From positions 69,918,235-69,982,234 of the forward strand of contig NC_068987.1 of assembly GCF_001194135.2 (NCBI RefSeq): a stretch of 64,000 nt of DNA, written 5' to 3'. Positions 36,204 to 50,058 of the stretch are shown here, piece by piece (positions within the stretch are counted from its first letter, which is position 1; each line of letters opens with the position of its first letter). The position numbers and the translations under genes are program-made. The notes beneath the pieces are model-generated. The model searched no databases and was not told where the DNA came from. It worked only from the letters and a program-made list of their open reading frames with translations. Source of the DNA: Octopus bimaculoides. Its lineage: Eukaryota.

Positions 36204-37670
36204 CACGCAGGTATATGTTACCCTCCCCTAGACTTTGGGTACGTGATTGTGCTTTTATGACTATATGTGTATATATGTATTTGAGTCTGTGTGTAATTTC
36301 TCTGTAAGCATAGTGTGCTACAGACTTTTATGTTCGCACATAGCAATATTAATATTTTTAGGGAAAGAAGAAATTTAGTGGCAATGGAACGAGAGAATGA
36401 AAGAAAGAAAGAAAAATAGAATGAATAATTGAAGACAGAAACGAGAAACAGAAAGATTCAAGGAAAGTAAAAATAAAAGAAAAAATGAAGAATGGAAGAA
36501 AGAACAAAAGAAGAATGAAAAAAAGAGAGGAAAAAACAGAACGTATTTGTTTAGCGATTTTCGGCAGGAGTTCTTACTGCTGAGTGCATTGTAGAACACA
36601 TCATGACAATCGCTGCATTATCTCAGGCAACTGTTAGAACCGACCATCGAACAGTCTTGTCATTATTAGAGTGCACAGATGGTTAATTGCTGTTATTACC
36701 ATGGAACCATTCCATTTGGTATTGCAACGATGTGCATATCCGCAGGGCTCTACAATTCTAAAGCACGTAGCTATCTAAAGTGGAGCATTTCATTCTCTTT
36801 GCAATCGCTATCTATTTATCTGTTGTCTGTCTTTCTGTACGTCTGTGACAATGTTTGCCTGTCTGTCTCACCATATCTTTACGTCTCTTATATCATATAT
36901 GTATTTTTGTATTGTGTATGTATCCATGTACGTATGTATGTTTGATGGCATGTACATATGTTTGCGTGTATGGAAGCATGTACGTGATTGTCTATGTGTA
37001 TGTATGTAAAATCTATAAATATATATACGTATATATATATATATATATACAGGCNNNNNNNNNNNNNNNNNNNNNNNNNNNNNNNNNNNNNNNNNNNNNN
37101 NNNNNNNNNNNNNNNNNNNNNNNNNNNNNNNNNNNNNNNNNNNNNNNNNNNNNNNNNNNNNNNNNNNNNNNNNNNNNNNNNNNNNNNNNNNNNNNNNNNN
37201 NNNNNNNNNNNNNNNNNNNNNNNNNNNNNNNNNNNNNNNNNNNNNNNNNNNNNNNNNNNNNNNNNNNNNNNNNNNNNNNNNNNNNNNNNNNNNNNNNNNN
37301 NNNNNNNNNNNNNNNNNNNNNNNNNNNNNNNNNNNNNNNNNNNNNNNNNNNNNNNNNNNNNNNNNNNNNNNNNNNNNNNNNNNNNNNNNNNNNNNNNNNN
37401 NNNNNNNNNNNNNNNNNNNNNNNNNNNNNNNNNNNNNNNNNNNNNNNNNNNNNNNNNNNNNNNNNNNNNNNNNNNNNNNNNNNNNNNNNNNNNNNNNNNN
37501 NNNNNNNNNNNNNNNNNNNNNNNNNNNNNNNNNNNNNNNNNNNNNNNNNNNNNNNNNNNNNNNNNNNNNNNNNNNNNNNNNNNNNNNNNNNNNNNNNNNN
37601 NNNNNNNNNNNNNNNNNNNNNNNNNNNNNNNNNNNNNNNNNNNNNNNNNNNNNNATATATATATATATAT

Positions 37671-37715
<45 letters not shown>

Positions 37716-37716
37716 C

Positions 37717-37748
<32 letters not shown>

Positions 37749-40333
37749 GGATATACACACACACATACATATATAGCAATCTATCTCAATATGTCAATGT
37801 AGCTAGTGTTCTGTACATGCATGCATGTGTGTGTATGTGTGCGTGTGTGTGCGCGTGTGGGGGATGCGTGTGTGTGTGTGGGGAGGGGTGTCTACGTAGC
37901 CCGGAAATATATTCTTGATATATCCGATGAATATTTACAGTGATCTATTTATAACTGCGAGATTTGAATTTTTAAACCAAAATTATAGTGTTGTTTGATA
38001 TGGAGAAAATTCCCCCCAGAAACAGTTTGCACATGCTTAATATTTTATATCTACGAAAAGGCAAGGTGTTTACAATACATCTTCTGTTTTTAATTTAAGA
38101 TAGCTAAGAATTTATAAAACTGGGAAATATTTTGAACAGCAGCAACTCTTTGGTCTTGCTAATAAAGGGAATAGATGTGATTATATTATCATGCGGTTAG
38201 GAAAATAACTATTCTTAGGTTAAAATATATGCAGTTTATTTTAATATCTATAGCTTAATTTATTTTCGACTTTGTCCCGTATAAATTATACGTTTATATA
38301 TTTTCACAACTATAACTATTTCTCCTGAGACGTGAAGTCGAGTTTACAGCGAACATATTCATGATATGTTTACATACATACACCAACATGTAAATATGGG
38401 ACGGGTATCTTGACAATAAATGTTTATATGAGTTTGAGAAGTGCAGAGTGAATGCATATATATACCTCTATTTGCAAGCTAGATTAATTTGTATCTCGTG
38501 TCTTTGAAAAGAATATTACATGTATTGGAAATTGCTAACCGATTAAGGTTTCCATTTCATCTTCAGCAAGTATAACATCATTCTAAACATATTCCAGTAT
38601 TGTAACTGTTTCGAATATGGCGAAGTTTTCAAAATATTATTTACTGTTATAATACATATAATGGTAGATTGCGGAGCTATCTCTTGAGTCAAGAAAAACT
38701 CCGCTTTCGTACTCCCAGTTTCGGCTAGAGTAAAAAAAAAAAAATGGGCGGGAATGATTACAGAACAGAAGGAGTTCTAGACATTCTTTGGTCTTGTGCG
38801 ATTCTGGATCCTAAAGCGTAGGATTCTACGAACTACAACTGAAATGGGGGCTCCCGATATAATGAAGCAAGCCCTCAAGACACAATCGCCCTGCTTGTTG
38901 TAAGCTTTCTATAGCTTAATGTTTCATCTGCGCACACCACTACAACAGATGAATGCTATAGTTCACTAACTCAACTGTTGATAGTGGTCGGTGGCAGTTT
39001 GTTGACTGTTCATTCACTCAACATCTAGTGATGTCCACCATTGACTCAATCCGTTCCTATGTCAAAATAGTTCACCTTCTCTATACTGATTCATGATTTC
39101 AGCGTAATACTGCTTCGTGTGCTTGTCGGATTCTAAGCAGTAACAAGTTCGTGCATGATTTGAGAAATGTTTACATAGGAGGTACTGTTAAACATTTGAA
39201 ACTACGTACTTCTATGTTTAGACAATTTTTCTCCAACCTTACTAGCAGAGGATATCCACGAAATAGATAACTACAAGATTAGTAATAAACTAATTTTTTC
39301 AGTGCTGGGATACACGAAATATTACCAGGGAAGCAGGCTCCTTTGTAAATTATGTACAAGAAAGGACTACAGATTATATGAATTAATCGTAAACACCTTC
39401 TATATATGCTATGAATGTATTTGCGTCGACAAGCTTCTTAAGCAATACCGGATTATAGCAATGCAAGATCAATCTAGGTTACAAATTGTTGGATAACTGG
39501 TTGATCTCACCGGCAATCTAGAAGCTACCTGGCTGGAGTTCAGACAGTTTCAGGCAACTAAATTTTACTTACAAAGTACAAGTCGACTTGAGGCTACAGA
39601 AAACGGAAATTGCCGAACAAATCACGCGGCTGGATTGAGACCGGTGTCTCATGAGTGTGAAACACATTTCTTTACTAATCAGGGAAACTTCCCAACGCCG
39701 CTCCACATACACAAAAAAAGATATGGATAGTTACAGAAACATTAACATGGACAGTTACAGAAAAAGCTGAGATCAAGAGACCGAATGATAAATAAGGATG
39801 AATTGTAAGCAGAGCGAAAAATAAGGAAACAAACAAAAAAAAAACGACAAGCGTTTCAATGTATACACTCATATAGCATATCTTGTCAATTGGCGGCAAA
39901 ATAAAGAAACGTTCTGTGATGTAACACTAATAGGAGAGTGAGTGCCTTTCGGGATATAATTAACTAACATACAAACCAATAGCTGCAACTTTGGAAGAAT
40001 GGGCAGAATGATCGAGAGAAAGGCAGATAGATCTAAACAAGTAAAAAATGTTAGGTAACCCGAGAAGACAGAAAGGTAAGTACATAGAAAATATAATAAC
40101 GTAAGAGTAAAGAAAAGCGTTCACACGATAAGGAAATGACTTGTAGTTTGGAAAATATATCTCACATTCACCAATAATGAAAAACATGGCACAGTAACAT
40201 GGGGTAACAAAATAATTTAAAAGAAAATTGTAAAAACCCTGACAAACGGTCGCATACATGCTCAATCCCATATCAGTCTCGATATAATATGCATACACAC
40301 ACACACACACACATACACACATATGTATGTATG

Positions 40334-40370
<37 letters not shown>

Positions 40371-41304
40371 NNNNNNNNNNNNNNNNNNNNNNNNNNNNNN
40401 NNNNNNNNNNNNNNNNNNNNNNNNNNNNNNNNNNNNNNNNNNNNNNNNNNNNNNNNNNNNNNNNNNNNNNNNNNNNNNNNNNNNNNNNNNNNNNNNNNNN
40501 NNNNNNNNNNNNNNNNNNNNNNNNNNNNNNNNNNNNNNNNNNNNNNNNNNNNNNNNNNNNNNNNNNNNNNNNNNNNNNNNNNNNNNNNNNNNNNNNNNNN
40601 NNNNNNNNNNNNNNNNNNNNNNNNNNNNNNNNNNNNNNNNNNNNNNNNNNNNNNNNNNNNNNNNNNNNNNNNNNNNNNNNNNNNNNNNNNNNNNNNNNNN
40701 NNNNNNNNNNNNNNNNNNNNNNNNNNNNNNNNNNNNNNNNNNNNNNNNNNNNNNNNNNNNNNNNNNNNNNNNNNNNNNNNNNNNNNNNNNNNNNNNNNNN
40801 NNNNNNNNNNNNNNNNNNNNNNNNNNNNNNNNNNNNNNNNNNNNNNNNNNNNNNNNNNNNNNNNNNNNNNNNNNNNNNNNNNNNNNNNNNNNNNNNNNNN
40901 NNNNNNNNNNNNNNNNNNNNNNNNNNNNNNNNNNNNNNNNNNNNNNNNNNNNNNNNNNNNNNNNNNNNNNNNNNNNNNNNNNNNNNNNNNNNNNNNNNNN
41001 NNNNNNNNNNNNNNNNNNNNNNNNNNNNNNNNNNNNNNNNNNNNNNNNNNNNNNNNNNNNNNNNNNNNNNNNNNNNNNNNNNNNNNNNNNNNNNNNNNNN
41101 NNNNNNNNNNNNNNNNNNNNNNNNNNNNNNNNNNNNNNNNNNNNNNNNNNNNTATATATGTGCGTGTGCGTGTGTGTGTGTGCGTGTGCGTGTGCGTGTG
41201 CGTGTGTGTGTGTATATATATACATATAGCAAATTCCACTTTTTCTTATCCGCTTTTAGTATTGATGTTGTAGCTGTTGCTGTTGGTATTGATATTGCCC
41301 CTGT

Positions 41305-41313
41305 TTTGTATTA

Positions 41314-41397
<84 letters not shown>

Positions 41398-41423
41398 ACG
41401 GCAGCAGCAGCAGTGGCAGAAGG

Positions 41424-41463
<40 letters not shown>

Positions 41464-41500
41464 GTAATAGTAGTAGTAGTAGAAGTAGTAGTAGTTTCTC
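41305..41500. repeat. Compound (TTA)n(TAG)n microsatellite
   Basis: Directly visible; source of the poly-I/S/V/T/N ORFs. Confidence 0.9.
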
Positions 41501-42366
41501 TTGTCGCTGTTATTATTGCGGCAACCGTAGTAGACGTTGTTCCCCTTCCTCCTCCTCTCCAGATCTTCATTTAGATTTTCTTTTCCTTCTTGTCTCTATT
41601 ATTATAACCCACGTATTCGCAATTTCAGTGTGTAGACACTTCTTTTACCTACTTAAGTCGCCTGAGAAACACGCGAACGTCCATTTTTTTTTCCTTCTCA
41701 TATAAATTTGCTGTTTTGCACCTCAGTAAGAAATCATTATAGCAGCTGTTGCTGTTTTCTGTTATTCTTATCGTTCTTTTTGTATTTATTATTATTATTG
41801 TTCCTGTTATTTCTTACAGTCTTCAAATTCGATGTTTGATAAACGCAACTTGTGTAAACACAACGTGCAAAAATATTCCATAATGAGAATGATCTACGGA
41901 CAATATTGAAATATCATTGTTATACGTGGACATCCCATTAACTGGATATATTTCAGGATATCCGATTGCTGCACAATTGCATTCTTATAAAACATAACGT
42001 AGCTGAACAAATATCATATTGGTTATTCGAAAAGGAAGAAATGGCAGAATATGTAGGAAGTATAAATAGCATTCAAAAGAGCAAAAGGAAAAATAACGAT
42101 TCAAAAGTATGGAATATACAATGGTAAATTTAGTAGCGTATATGTATGTTTGGGTATGCATATGCATAGATCTGATTGTACATGTATATCTCTTAAAACC
42201 TAGAATCATTCAGTCAATCCATCAATCAATCGACCGATCTGTCGATCAATCAATCAGCATTCACTCTATATCACTCTATCTGCCATCTATCTACCTATCT
42301 GTCTGTCGGTCTATCTGTCCTTCTCTAACACATTTCTCTCTATTTCTCTCTCACTCACTCACTCAC

Positions 42367-42428
<62 letters not shown>

Positions 42429-42764
42429 NNNNNNNNNNNNNNNNNNNNNNNNNNNNNNNNNNNNNNNNNNNNNNNNNNNNNNNNNNNNNNNNNNNNNNNN
42501 NNNNNNNNNNNNNNNNNNNNNNNNNNNNNNNNNNNNNNNNNNNNNNNNNNNNNNNNNNNNNNNNNNNNNNNNNNNNNNNNNNNNNNNNNNNNNNNNNNNN
42601 NNNNNNNNNNNNNNNNNNNNNNNNNNNNNNNNNNNNNNNNNNNNNNNNNNNNNNNNNNNNNNNNNNNNNNNNNNNNNNNNNNNNNNNNNNNNNNNNNNNN
42701 NNNNNNNNNNNNNNNNNNNNNNNNNNNNNNNNNNNNNNNNNNNNNNNNNNNNNNNNNNNNNNTT

Positions 42765-42971
42765 TAATTTGCGGTCCATGGGAAGAGCTGTTTTAACGAT
42801 GCGTCCTGCCTAGCTCTTCGAAACGCCGGTGTTAAAACGGAGGTAGCTGACGAAGTAGAATGTTCTCTATGTGGCTTGTGTGTTTTCTCGTCTCTGTTTT
42901 GTTTGCATTGTCCTGTACCCAGATATGCACCTATACATACAGGTAGATGTCGGTATGCACATACCTGTACG
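42765..42971 (+). repeat. Unclassified interspersed repeat, copy 2 (matches 13359-13562)
   Basis: See 13359-13562. Confidence 0.85.
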
Positions 42972-43029
42972 TATATATGCATATACTCATTTACTATTTG
43001 TATATATATATATATATACGTGTGTGTGT

Positions 43030-43240
43030 ATGTCTATCTGTTTGTCCCACACCACGGCTTGACAACCGGTGCTAGTGGGTTTGCATCCCCGTAACTTAGC
43101 GGTTTGGCAAAAGTGACATAGAATAAGAATTAGGCCTAAACATTAGTAAGTACAGCGCTCGATTCATTCGAGTAAAAATTCAAGGTGGTGTCCCAGCATA
43201 GCTGCAGTCTAATGACTCAGAGAAGTAAAATATAAAAGAT
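43030..43240 (+). mobile_element. SINE family A, 3' half
   Basis: GTTTGTCCC...GCTTGACAACCG.TGCT...CCCCGTAACTTAGCGGTT...AAGGTGGTGTCCCAGCAT..GCAGTCTAATGAC...AAAAGATA. Confidence 0.8.
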
Positions 43241-43303
43241 AGAAAATACATATATACATACATACGTACATGCATACATGAAAATGATGGGAGGGAAAAT
43301 GAA

Positions 43304-43340
<37 letters not shown>

Positions 43341-43547
43341 ATACATGTGTGTTTCTGTAGGGATCGAACTATGCTGTTTCATATCTATTTCAATATAACA
43401 CAGATTCTGAATTAATGAATTTGTGAAATCAGTATGGTTCTATGATCTGTATTTACGGAGGTGTGCAACTGTGAGTATTCATGTGTTTGTGCATACATAC
43501 ATATGTGTATGTATGTGTGTGTGTGAGTGTGTGTATGTGTGTTTGTG

Positions 43548-43586
<39 letters not shown>

Positions 43587-45789
43587 ACAATACGTACATA
43601 CATACAGACACATTACATTCATACAAACGTATAGCGTATGGAAATGCATACCAACAAGTCCAGACTCAACAACACTTAGAGCCATCTTGAGTCAAGAGAT
43701 GTCTTATCAGCCATTCATATGAAGTGCCATACCACACAGCTGAGAGAAGCTAAGCCGAGAACCATTATTGGATATCTTATATCAATCCACATGTTCCCTC
43801 AATTACACTGAGTCTCGTACACTCAAGCATACATACATTGGCATTTCTTTATAAACATTTCTGCCCAACGTATATACTGAGTATGCTCAGACTGCACTCA
43901 ATGTAGATTCACGAACACCCAAATGCACTTACTTATGCATATACAGATACTCACACACACACATATATTTGAGTTTATGCATATGCCCTTATGTATACTA
44001 TCATATGCTAACATACCTGCACGCGTATATGCACTAGCAGTCTCATATACACAAGAGACTTTGCTATAGAAATTTAAAGGAATGACAATAGAAATAAGAA
44101 ATCTTTATATATTTATAATAAACAATATAAACCATAGAAAAAGCATCGTGAACACGTCTTCCTGCTATCTACCGCTCTGTGAGCGACTGTAAAACATAGT
44201 TTATTCCGATCGCATATACTTACCACACAGTTAGCTTTATGCGAATATGTGTATGTGTAGGTATGGTTTTAAAGAAAACATGTAATGAACATCAATAAGA
44301 TCCCAAACCCTTCTTTCTTAATGCCTTAAAATTGACAGCATTAGAATATAAAAGGGAAATATCCGTGGTTAAATGTATCTAGAAGATATTAAATTGTAAA
44401 TTTAAGAAACTTCCTTAGACATAGAGATTGTCGATAATATGAACGTAATCCCTACATCATGATTGATTATTTTCGTCCTTATCTATATGTTTCCCACTCA
44501 TGTAATATGGAACGACTAGAAGAAAGTGAAGATGCAGCTTGCTTGCTAGAAAGAGCAATCAAATTTACCTCAGTTTCACTTCTTTCCCTATAAAAATATA
44601 GGAAACGCTGTTAGATAATGTAACAATGTATGCATTTTAAAAAGGCGAATTGGTGACGGCTTTGTTCATTCGTTTGCCCGATCAAAATTAAACAATGATT
44701 AAGCAACAACAATAAGAACAAAAAGGTAATTTAGCAGTAACTATTATTAAATATGAAACCTATAGTTATTGCTGAAGATGTGTTGCAGAGTGTTTTGAAT
44801 GCTGGCATCAAAATTGTAGGTTTTATTCTCGGGCCTGGCAGCTCTTTGTATTTTTGAGGGAAATACTTTGCTTCATGTTGATTCATTCCGATCATGTCTT
44901 GTACAATCAGTTGCTAAAACGCCGCGAAAACCGAAATAAGCTCATACATTTTAAATTTTAACTCATGTTATATATAGCTTACAAAGTATTACAGAAGTTT
45001 TTTCTTCGTGAAACAAATATTCTAGTAGTTTACATAGCTATCTTAGAATAATTGCCTTTTCTAAATTTAGTCAGTTCTGAAGAAATATTATTATCATGCG
45101 AAATATTGTGAAAATATCATCAATATGGAATGTTAATCGTTAGAAGATAAGCAAGAGGTTCGGTCTCGCCACCCCCATCGCTCAACACGCTAGAAATAGC
45201 AACCAAATCTTAAGAAAGGAATTACACATGAGATTATGCTGACCTACATTCATTACAACCGAAATAGAAAAATGGAATAACTATAGTCATAAATCTGCTG
45301 AATCAGGGATGACCTAGAGCAGAACAACAACACATTCTATTGCTGTGGAGTATTTTCTTTTTGCTAATGTATAATTAGATATTCTCTGTATACATCTTAA
45401 ACAAGGATTGGCAAATTCCCTCCTATAAGCATACACCTACATAAACACTTAATGGAAGAGTTACTAAATTGTGCAGTCACTTGAGTCAATTTTCACTCGC
45501 ATAACCACAATTATAGACAAATTTTGAAACATGCGAAATGTGTTGTCTCTCAATTTACCTTGCTTTGCTTGGCCTGGGATCCTCATCCCCTAATGGAACC
45601 GTAGGTACATCATTGTTACATACAGGGTATTATTAGACTTGACGGGAAGCACTCCTCTCTCCTCTGTCTGCCTATCACTCTTTGCTGGGAGAAAAGCACC
45701 TCGCTCTTTCCTGTGTGCTTGACTTTTTTTTACTGTGAGAAAAGGAAGACAAACTGACAAAGAAAAAGAGTGAAAAAATAAAATAAATG

Positions 45790-45928
45790 ACTGGTACCTC
45801 ATGTATTTATCCCGGAAGATGAAAGGCAAAGTTTAACTTCGGCAGTAGTTGAATTTATAGCGCGAAGAGCCGAAACGAGTACCGCAAGCGAATTGTTTGA
45901 CGCTTTAACGACTTGACCAATTGACCGC
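45790..45928 (-). mobile_element. tRNA-SINE family B
   Basis: CTGGTAC...GATGAAAGGCAAAGTT.A.CTTCGGCAG...TTGAA...GCTTTAACGA. Confidence 0.65.
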
Positions 45929-47239
45929 ATTATCTTTCATTTTTCTCTACACCTGTCCTGCCTACAGGTATTGGTGACCATGAATCCGTATGTTAAAATC
46001 TGAAGAATGCTAATTTTTCCTGGAAAAGATGCAGCTGTGATATTCCCTTGCATTCTGCCAATTTATGTATTCTTTACTAAGCAAGTCACTCGCTCTCTTT
46101 CACTTCAGCATGTGATACAGAACCTATTCAAGTCTTTGGTATAAGGAATATGTCAAGTTGTACCAGGACATGCCCATAGATTGGTGAGACGGTATGGCAC
46201 ATGTTTACAGACCAGCCCTCCTCTTTGTCCTGTATATCTTATCGACGATTCCACCGCCTGATATTTGACACATAGCTAAAGCACTTGGCAGTTAGTACTA
46301 CACCTGCCAGGGGCGAACTTGGGAGTAGTAACATCAAAGGGGTAATTTCTTACTACTTTAATTTTTGAACTCCGAATATTGAGCCGCAGTACTGGATAAA
46401 ATTTAATATTTTGGAAAGGACATATCTAATATTAATATTTTAAAAAGGCCATGTGTGTTTTTTTCTTTGAACTATGATTAATAAATCTAAGATATATATT
46501 CACACATTTATATAATTTGCACCGGTATGAGCACTTGCATGCATATGTGTATTTTTTTCATGACATGGTGGACAGTGCAGAGCATATAGTGTTGGCAAGC
46601 CGTGAGATTATAACAATGAAAATCTACAAGCGGGAGCCCAGCCCGCTTGCATGCATTAGAGCGAGCTTCGTGAGGGACAAATGGAAGAATGCGCACTGCT
46701 ATGTACCTAGCATTCTATATGTATTTGTATGCATGTGTGTGCGTATGTGCTTCTGTTGTCTTATGAATTACTAATGTAACATAAAGAAGTAAGACGTGAA
46801 AATCGAAACTGGCAACTAATATCATTGTGAATGGCATGAATGTAGCAAGTCACCTTTAATACACAATTATACACTTGAATATTTGGACCCTGAACATATA
46901 TTGGAAGCAAATACTTGCGCTTTAATGTTTACAGCAGCGACCAAAAATGCTGAAACTAAATTCTTCTTGCATTATTTTCTCCATTCCTTATGATGTAAGT
47001 TTTAACCCGAAGATGGGCTTTGTAGATGGACTGATCCATTTCAGAGTTATGTCTCCTGGTCAATTAACACAGTCCAGCAGTTGTAATTTAATAACGATTG
47101 TGCTTTTTTCACTAAGAACAGAATACATAAATGTAGAATAAAATAATTTAAAACAAATTTCTAAAATGATGAGGAAATAGCTTAACTCTCAATCTTCTAA
47201 TAACTCCATAATAAGCATGTAACTAATTCTTATATTTGA

Positions 47240-47430
47240 CAACTAGCTTAAACGCCGCCCTCTCGGGCTCTTCAGTGGGCCTTGGGTCTAACAATGACAC
47301 TTCATGCATTGGGTACATATGAAATTTGATTAAAGTTGACCAATATTTTTCAAACAATGAGCAATTTACATCAAAACAATGATATAATTTGTCAACTTTG
47401 AACTTATTACAAAGTTGCATGATAAACATT
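47240..47430 (-). mobile_element. Probable PLE 3' fragment with broken hammerhead
   Basis: Minus strand has CTGAAGA-GCCC-GAGA-GGGC-GGCGTTT (GAAAC lost), preceded by LFEKYWSTLIKFHMYP, weakly like PLE E.YWI..L.T..P. Confidence 0.4.
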
Positions 47431-49119
47431 TTTGTGGCAGGTTATTGAAAGTTGTTGGTTCATCCATTCAGGAGTCAGTACATTTTTTTCTGTCTAACAT
47501 ATTTCTTTGTCTCCCCTTCCTTCTTCTGATTGTTTCCAACCATGACCATCACCAGTATTACCACTATCGCCACCAAAACTGCCATACACGCACCATTCAG
47601 AATTCTGACGCCACCACCATCAATACCTTTGACTTCGCCGCTTCCCCCTCCACCACTGTCTTAAACATCGCTTACTATCACTATTGTCCAAGACTGCTTC
47701 AGCTACCACCACCATCATCACCACCGTTGCCTCAGCCTCTATCACAACTACAGCTCATTCTAAAACTATTGCCCCATTACCATCACAACCGCCAATCTAC
47801 TATCTTCTCTATGCCATCTATTACTCTCAACCCAACACGAGCAATAGTAGGAGTGTCAATGAATAGTGAGAGAAGGATACGAAGTGTGACACACCGACAC
47901 CCTGACACACAGAAATTAGTTTTCGCATTTATTATATTAGATGGAGTGATATTTGGTGTGAAAGAAGGCAAAATATTATATGTACCCGAAGATTGTATAT
48001 ATATTAATAAGAAGGCCATCAATAAGCTCATTCAGCCTCCTACTATTATTTTAGCTTTTTAGTTAGTCCTAGCCCAACTGTCATCGAGTGCAGTCAGGAT
48101 CAGTAGCATTTCCGCTGTAACTATCTTGTCTATTTAAATGCGACTATGTTATACTCTCAGTTTAGTGTATCCTCTCAGTTTAGTTCGTAGGGTTTACATT
48201 GAGGGAGATTTTGTGTTATATCCAGCAGATTGAATGAACGTATTGACGGCTCACTTAATAGTATATATGCAATCTCCGGGTACAAATGATATTTTGTCTT
48301 CTTTCCCACCAAATATCAACCCATTATTGAATAGAAGAATTAGTTACTTATATGTTTATCATGGATTTTGCAGAAGATTGAGAGTTAAGCACGTTTCCTC
48401 ATCGTTTTAGAAATTCGTTTGAAATTATTTTATTCTACGTACATATATTCTGTCCTTAGTGAAAAAGATACGAGCTTCATCAAATCCCAACTGCTGTCGA
48501 AACCAGTGGACTGTGTTAATTGATCAGGAGACATAACTCTGAAATGTATCAGTCCATCTACATACAAATAGGCATCATGTTGAGATACAATTTATTGCTC
48601 TTTTTTAAAAAGATCTCTGTATAATTATTAAGTTCTGTTAATTTGGATTACTACACGATATATATACACATTCACATTCCATCAGACACAGAGACTCACC
48701 ATCCTAGACATGTGCATGCATACACTAATAGATATATGCGTGCGTGCGTGCATACCATATACCTGCATGCATATTATCAGCACAAATTCTTCGAGAGAAT
48801 GCAGAGGAAGATTGCAATATGCACGTTTTAATTATAGTTCACAGAAGCGAAGAGGGGCATGGAGTATTTCCTTTATATGAGTATGAATAGGATTTTCTCG
48901 CCATCGCAAAAACTACAAAAACAATAACTAAATTTCATAAAAGCGCCTTACAGCCGAAAACTCGGAGTGCATCTCAAGAGCGGGGTCTGTGTATCTATGC
49001 GTGTATGCATAGATATATTTTGTGTGCGTGTGTGTGTACATATATATCTATGTATTGGTATAAATATATATTTATAAAGTTACAGCTGCATGTATCTATG
49101 GATGTGTGCATATATATAT

Positions 49120-49163
<44 letters not shown>

Positions 49164-49462
49164 NNNNNNNNNNNNNNNNNNNNNNNNNNNNNNNNNNNNN
49201 NNNNNNNNNNNNNNNNNNNNNNNNNNNNNNNNNNNNNNNNNNNNNNNNNNNNNNNNNNNNNNNNNNNNNNNNNNNNNNNNNNNNNNNNNNNNNNNNNNNN
49301 NNNNNNNNNNNNNNNNNNNNNNNNNNNNNNNNNNNNNNNNNNNNNNNNNNNNNNNNNNNNNNNNNNNNNNNNNNNNNNNNNNNNNNNNNNNNNNNNNNNT
49401 ACAAACACACATACACACGTACAAGCACACACATGCACATGCACACACACACACACACACAT

Positions 49463-49865
49463 ATCTTTTACTCATTTACTCGTTTCAGCTATGCTGCTGC
49501 GATCATGCTGGATCACCACTGTGGTCTTTCTGATTTCCTCCGCCTGGAGTGTTTGACATCACTACTCCTGTATGTAATTTTGTCCCAACTGTTGGCCCAT
49601 TTGATGTATAAGGGAGTTTGATTCTGCTGCCCTCGTCTGCACTTCATGCATGGTTGTTGGTTCATCCAGTATTGTGGAGAGAGGAATGTCTAGTTCCTTT
49701 TCGAAGACATCTACTTCCACGTTAAGCACATTTCTAAATTTTTGTGGCAGGTTATTGAAGAGTTGTCGGCCTTGAACACTAGACTATGGCAGTACCTGGT
49801 CCTGAATTGAAATGGAGTGAATGGTACATTTGGTACAATACAATGGTGGCCAGTTCGAGCATTTC
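49463..49865 (-). mobile_element. CR1/L2-group LINE 3' end (same group as 1424-1746)
   Basis: NARTGHHCIVPNVPFTPFQFRTRYCHSLVFK(fs)RQLFNNLPQKFRNVLNVEVDVFEKELDIPLSTILDEPTTMHEVQTRAAESNSLIHQ. Tail is AGTGGTGATCCAGCATGATCGCAG...CTGAAACGAGTAAATGAGTAAAAGATA. Confidence 0.85.
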
Positions 49866-50025
49866 TATAACACTCAATGCATAAATTAGGTACGAGCCCT
49901 TCTAGAGTTTTCTATATGTAGATTATTACATATCTGTCGCGCCTCTGCTCTAGGGAGTAAAGTTGCAAATTTCTCAGCCTATCCCTGTAGCTCATCTGCT
50001 GCACTGTTTCAATCTATTTAGTGTA

Positions 50026-50057
<32 letters not shown>

Positions 50058-50058
50058 T

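Noticed and set aside
39121-39270. Short open frame ...NVYIGGTVKHLKLR...FFSNLTSRGYP, resembling GIY-YIG YIG.T and PLE RGYP motifs
   Set aside because: The motifs are in the wrong order and spacing for a PLE and no flanking support was found; left unannotated pending an HMM search.
46625-46647. 8-bp GC-rich hairpin CAAGCGGG-AGCCCAG-CCCGCTTG
   Set aside because: Isolated, with no Helitron CTRR end or other context; likely chance.
47415-48062. 215-aa ORF
   Set aside because: Built from a degenerate (CAC/CAT)n tract and LINE/PLE scraps; no domain signature.
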